From Eubacteriales bacterium (lineage in GTDB: Bacteria > Bacillota > Clostridia > Oscillospirales > CAG-272): 64,000 bases of DNA. Below the pieces are notes generated by a model. The model saw only the letters and a list, made by a program, of their open reading frames with translations. It made no database searches and was not told the DNA's origin. This document shows, one piece after another, positions 60,002 to 64,000 of the stretch; position 1 is the first letter of the stretch; each line of letters starts with the position of its first letter. The position numbers and the translations under genes were made by a program. Location: NCBI GenBank assembly GCA_045541375.1, contig JAZQJB010000042.1, positions 981 through 64,980 of the forward strand, read 5' to 3'.

Positions 60002-60804
60002 TTTTTCTTGTATCCTTTGTAAAGATGAACGATGTTGAGGTCCTCTTCCATATCAAGACCGTGCGAGCCGTTGTCGCCGTCGATCTCGTGGCAGCCGTGG
60101 TCCATAGCAAAGCCGACAAGGACGTTGCGGTGGCTCAGGTGACGCTCGACAAGCTCGCAGAATTCGCCGAAAGCGTGGTCATTGGAGCGAAGCTCACAAA
60201 GCGCCTCGAGTCCCTCGGGACCCTTTTTGTGCATCACGGAGTCGTAATTGCCGTTGTAGATGACGATAAGATCGTATTCATCCTTCATGATCAGCTCGGC
60301 AGCCTTCGCGTTGACGGCGTCAACACCGCCCTGCGGGAAGAGGTAGTAATCCATCTCGCGCTCAAGGAAAATGTTGCTCAGGCTCGCCTTGCCGTAAGAA
60401 ACTATCGCGCATTTCTTGCCCGCGCGAATGGCGGCGTCGAAGATTGAATCGATCTTGATGACGGGCTTTTCGTATTTGCGAATACCGTGAACGGCGGGCT
60501 GTGCGCCGGTATACATCGTGCCGAAGCAAACGGGAGTGACCGAGGGCATAACAGAGCAGAGCGGGATCTCGATCTCCGCGCGAGCCTGCGCGCCCTTGGT
60601 GAGCTGCGGATACTTGCGATAGATCCATTCCGCGATCGCATCGGGGTTATACATTATGACGCGGTCGGCTTTCTCGCCGCCGAAAACTGTGTCTATGTAA
60701 GCTGTAAGGTCAGCATTGGCGGGAGCCGCTTCGCTCGGAGCCTCGATGCCAAGCGCATAAGCAAGCGCACCGCAGATTGTGTCAAGAGAGTTGGGATTAT
60801 ACAT
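59998..60804 (-). CDS. Alkaline-phosphatase-superfamily phosphodiesterase/pyrophosphatase-like protein
   Basis: MPSVTPVCFGTMYTG nucleophile region and MDHGCH metal-site motif. Confidence 0.7.
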   Translation of the reverse strand: MYNPNSLDTICGALAYALGIEAPSEAAPANADLTAYIDTVFGGEKADRVIMYNPDAIAEWIYRKYPQLTKGAQARAEIEIPLCSVMPSVTPVCFGTMYTGAQPAVHGIRKYEKPVIKIDSIFDAAIRAGKKCAIVSYGKASLSNIFLEREMDYYLFPQGGVDAVNAKAAELIMKDEYDLIVIYNGNYDSVMHKKGPEGLEALCELRSNDHAFGEFCELVERHLSHRNVLVGFAMDHGCHEIDGDNGSHGLDMEEDLNIVHLYKGYKKK

Positions 60805-60806
60805 AA

Positions 60807-61676
60807 TTAAACCTCCACGTCAATATATGCAGGCGAATGATCGGAAATCGGATAGTAATAGTCGGGTGAATAACGCTCGAAGCGCTTGACGGCGCCTTCT
60901 TTCTCGCCAATGACGAGGATGTGGTCGATGGCGGTCTTGAAGGGACGGTCGGAGTAGACGGTCCTGAATCCGTCGGGGAAGCAGTAGTGATATCCGACAG
61001 CTTCCTCGGCAAAGTCGGTGGCTATGTCGTGCGCGTGGCGGAAGCCCTTGGCAAACGCCGACTGCACCGCCTTCGATTCATAGCCCGTGTTGAGGTCGCC
61101 GACGAGGAATGCGGGGCAGTCATATTTCTCACGGAAACGCTCGAGAGCGCGGGTCAGAAGATCGATCTGATACTCGCGAGCCTCGTCCGAGTGGGGCAGA
61201 CAGTTGGAAGGATAGGGCTCTGCCATTCCTTCGCTCGGAGAACGCTTCCACCAAAGGTGAGTGGTGGCAAAAATGAAGAGCTTACCGCTCTCCTTGACGC
61301 GGAAAACACCGATATTGTAAGCCTTCGAGCGCGCGTCGTTGAACTTGCCTTCGAAGCCTTCTATGTAGTCGGGATATGTGAAAAATTCCGAATCGACGAG
61401 CTCAAGCTTGTCGGCGCGGTAGAGAATGGGCGTGAAACGACCCCAGATGAGGGTGTAATCAACGGGTTCTTCTGCCATTCCTTCCTTGAGAAGATCAGCC
61501 ATAAGCGCGCTTGATTCCTGACAGCCGATGACGTCGGGCTGGGTCTCGCGCCAGACGCGAAGAAGCGAGGGCGCACGCACCGCCGCAGAGCAGTCGAATC
61601 CCTTTTCCTCCCAAGCGGGAGAGTTTTTATCTCGGTTCCAGATGTTGTGTGTCATAAGTCGGATAGTAGAAGACAT
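60807..61676 (-). CDS. Endonuclease/exonuclease/phosphatase (EEP) family protein
   Basis: THNIW...GCQE...SDHSPAYIDV. ATG at 61676 follows GGGGAGG. Confidence 0.85.
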   Translation of the reverse strand: MSSTIRLMTHNIWNRDKNSPAWEEKGFDCSAAVRAPSLLRVWRETQPDVIGCQESSALMADLLKEGMAEEPVDYTLIWGRFTPILYRADKLELVDSEFFTYPDYIEGFEGKFNDARSKAYNIGVFRVKESGKLFIFATTHLWWKRSPSEGMAEPYPSNCLPHSDEAREYQIDLLTRALERFREKYDCPAFLVGDLNTGYESKAVQSAFAKGFRHAHDIATDFAEEAVGYHYCFPDGFRTVYSDRPFKTAIDHILVIGEKEGAVKRFERYSPDYYYPISDHSPAYIDVEV

Positions 61677-61706
61677 AAGAGTACCTCCCCTGATGTTGTT
61701 GAGATA

Positions 61707-61735
61707 ATTATAGCACAAAATGGCATAGATTGCAA
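61707..61735 (-). promoter_or_regulatory. Promoter TTGCAA-N17-TATAAT for the EEP/AP/His-phosphatase/SGNH operon
   Basis: Reverse complement hexamers at 61735-61730 and 61712-61707. Preceded by a weak terminator after the beta-helix gene. Confidence 0.65.
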
Positions 61736-61777
61736 GGAAATATAAAAATAAAGACCGCCTTGCGACAGTCTTTGTTT

Positions 61778-62803
61778 TTATAAAACGGTATTCCCCTCCG
61801 ACCCCTCTTCAATGATAAGCCTCGCATTCGGATTTGTAAAGACGTTGCCCGAGATGATATTGTTATTGCCTTTAATTACGATATCGCCGTCGGTGATGTT
61901 GTTCATTATTACGTTGCCGTCGCCGATGACGGTGATCGCGGAGGCGGTGCAATGCGTGAAGGTGTTGCCTGTTATGCGATTCTTGTCGCCCTCGACCCAA
62001 AGCGCGGGTGTTTTTTGCTTGAATACCTCTTTTTGTCTGTTATTAGCGGCATCGGGCTCGTAATACCAGAAAACGCCGGGGAGGTCGAAGATGTTGTTCT
62101 CGACTGCCGCGCGTGAGACTTGGAAGAGTGTGACCGCCGCGCGGGGGAATCGGTCCGCTTCCGTAAATGCGCCGCCGTTGCGGACGAAATAACACTCGCT
62201 GATGCGGAGATTGTGCATCAAGGCGTTCTCACCATTTGCAAAAAAGCCGTAGCGCGGATTGTCTGCGCATATACATGACTTGAAAAGTGCGTAATAGGAT
62301 GCTCTCGGGGCAAAATATATGCCGATGCAACAGCCGTCGGTGTTGAGCTTTTCAAACCTAACGGCGTCGATCTCGGAGTCTCCCGTGACGCACACAGCGG
62401 AGCCGAGCCCGCAGAAGGAGACCTTTGATACCTCGCCCTGATCGACTCGCACCGCATCGAAGCAGATGCCGGATGATGCGGAAGGATTTTGATAATCAAA
62501 GCTTTCGCGCGTGTCCATACCGACAAAGTCGCCCGCGATGCCGATATCCTTGATGATATTTCCGCCGAGGGTGCGGCTCTCACCCACGCGGATGGCGGGG
62601 AAGCCGCCGCCCGTAAGCTTCAGCTTTGTGCCGAAGTCGGATTCAAAAACGCCGTTCGGATCGGAGCTGTAATTCCAGACTTCGCCCTCAAGCTTTATGC
62701 AAGGCGTGTCGATGCCGATAGGCTCCGAAATGTCGTAGCGTCCGACGGGAAGATATATTTTTCCGCCCGATCTGAGTTTGGATATTTCTTTTTGAATGTT
62801 CAT
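61778..62803 (-). CDS. Right-handed parallel beta-helix repeat protein (pectate-lyase fold)
   Basis: Repeating NN-I/GN-F turns (GNTFTHC, NNITDG, GNNNIISGNVF). ATG at 62803 lies 2 nt after the upstream stop. Confidence 0.72.
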   Translation of the reverse strand: MNIQKEISKLRSGGKIYLPVGRYDISEPIGIDTPCIKLEGEVWNYSSDPNGVFESDFGTKLKLTGGGFPAIRVGESRTLGGNIIKDIGIAGDFVGMDTRESFDYQNPSASSGICFDAVRVDQGEVSKVSFCGLGSAVCVTGDSEIDAVRFEKLNTDGCCIGIYFAPRASYYALFKSCICADNPRYGFFANGENALMHNLRISECYFVRNGGAFTEADRFPRAAVTLFQVSRAAVENNIFDLPGVFWYYEPDAANNRQKEVFKQKTPALWVEGDKNRITGNTFTHCTASAITVIGDGNVIMNNITDGDIVIKGNNNIISGNVFTNPNARLIIEEGSEGNTVL

Positions 62804-62805
62804 TT

Positions 62806-64000
62806 TTACCTGCTTTTTATGATCGCGTAGCCGTATCCCGCGAGGGATACCGCGTTTTCGTTGATAACACAATTATTAGAAAGCAAAATCACTTTTGATT
62901 CAAGATCAAGCTTCAAATCTTCAGCCTTACTCGAAAAATTGCCGATGAAGAGGATCTCGCCATTCTCGGAAACACGTTTGAATGCGAGGACTCTTTCGCT
63001 TTCGGTAATAAGCCATTCGGTCGTGCCGTCGGAGAGTGTGTCACACTCGCGGCGCAGGGCGTTGAGGGTGGTTACGATCTCTTTTCTGCGTTCAACTTCG
63101 GGTGAGTTTGCGTGTCTGTCGGTGAATTCGAATTTGCCGGGGTGGAAACGGTTGGCGAACATCGAAAGGCGTGCGGTGTCGGCAAGCTCGTTGCCGCAGT
63201 AGACCATCGGCACGCCGTCGATGGTGTAATTTGCCGCAAGGATGAGCTCCATCGCGTCGTGGCCGTAATGAGCCTCGATACGCCACGGCCAATCGGTGAC
63301 GGTGTCGTGGTTGTCCATATCACGCAGGATCAAGCCGCGCCCCGCGATGGCTTCCTCGTGTGATTTATGCTCGGCAATGACAGCTTCGGCGTTCACGCTT
63401 CCCGCGAGGAGATCATAGATCGCGCGGTGCCAGTAAAAGCCGTAATTTGCATCGAAAACGTTGAGGTAATCGGCTTTTTTGCCTTCATTTATCATAATCG
63501 CGTCGGGTTTGATCTTGCGTATGCGGCGGGTGCCTTCCTCCCAAAAATCGAGCGGCACTTCGTCGCCGACGTCGCAGCGGAATCCATCCGCGCCGATCAC
63601 GCCGATGTAGTATGCCATATTGCAGTACAAGTATTCACGCAAGCCGTCGCTGTCAAAATTGAGGTAGGCAAAATTCCAGCGCGTCAGCTTTATGCTTCCG
63701 TCTGCCTCTCTGACGGCAAAATCGGGGTGTTCCTTGAACATTTCTGCATTGACGCCGATGTGAAGGTAAACGAGGTCGAGGATGACGCGCATTCCGAGTG
63801 AGTGGGCGTGTGCGACGAACTCTTTGAGATCGTCCATACTTCCGTATTCCTCGTCGATCTCGAAATAATCGGTCATACGGTAGGGATTTTTCGGGTTATC
63901 GGTTTCGGATTTGAGCTGCCGCGCGCTCCAGAAAGTTTTGTCGGTGCTTTCGTCGGTCTTGAATATCGGGCAGAGATACATTATCCCGAAACCCATCTGC
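62806..64000 (-). CDS. GH13 alpha-amylase-family glycoside hydrolase; N-terminus lies beyond the window end
   Basis: DGFRCDVGDEV (nucleophile region), MINEG and NHDT motifs. The ORF is open at 64000. Confidence 0.85.
   Translation of the reverse strand, partial: QMGFGIMYLCPIFKTDESTDKTFWSARQLKSETDNPKNPYRMTDYFEIDEEYGSMDDLKEFVAHAHSLGMRVILDLVYLHIGVNAEMFKEHPDFAVREADGSIKLTRWNFAYLNFDSDGLREYLYCNMAYYIGVIGADGFRCDVGDEVPLDFWEEGTRRIRKIKPDAIMINEGKKADYLNVFDANYGFYWHRAIYDLLAGSVNAEAVIAEHKSHEEAIAGRGLILRDMDNHDTVTDWPWRIEAHYGHDAMELILAANYTIDGVPMVYCGNELADTARLSMFANRFHPGKFEFTDRHANSPEVERRKEIVTTLNALRRECDTLSDGTTEWLITESERVLAFKRVSENGEILFIGNFSSKAEDLKLDLESKVILLSNNCVINENAVSLAGYGYAIIKSR

Overview
The window looks like a chromosomal segment of a spore-forming Bacillota (Clostridia-like) genome, inferred from spoIIR, abrB, RNase J, ECF sigma/anti-sigma pairs and lipobox lipoproteins. 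Coding regions are roughly 50-55% GC and intergenic regions are AT-rich. I support about 60 protein genes, mostly housekeeping, envelope and carbohydrate or phosphoester metabolism. I also support two tRNAs (Arg-CCG, Ser-UGA), RNase P RNA, many canonical sigma-A promoters and many intrinsic terminators. The content that ordinary annotation would not explain is non-coding. At least four families of structured repeats occupy intergenic gaps: a large hairpin element (3 copies), a multi-hairpin element (2 copies), a heptad-repeat inverted-repeat element carrying a terminator (2 copies), and a perfect 49-bp inverted repeat. Several show compensatory base changes between copies. Other points of interest follow. 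A low-GC HepT/MntA toxin-antitoxin islet sits beside the tRNA-Arg gene and has an XRE-fused antitoxin and a six-site operator array. A leader-peptide/attenuator lies ahead of a heterodimeric ABC exporter. There are orphan promoter-terminator cassettes (small RNA candidates) and an unannotated 38-codon ORF. The tRNA-Arg has C33. A dehydrogenase is fused to an AT-rich extra domain. A secreted LamG-metallophosphatase ends in a sorting-signal-like C-terminus. No CRISPR array, transposase, integrase or prophage genes were seen. All functional calls rest on motif recognition by eye; no database searches were run.
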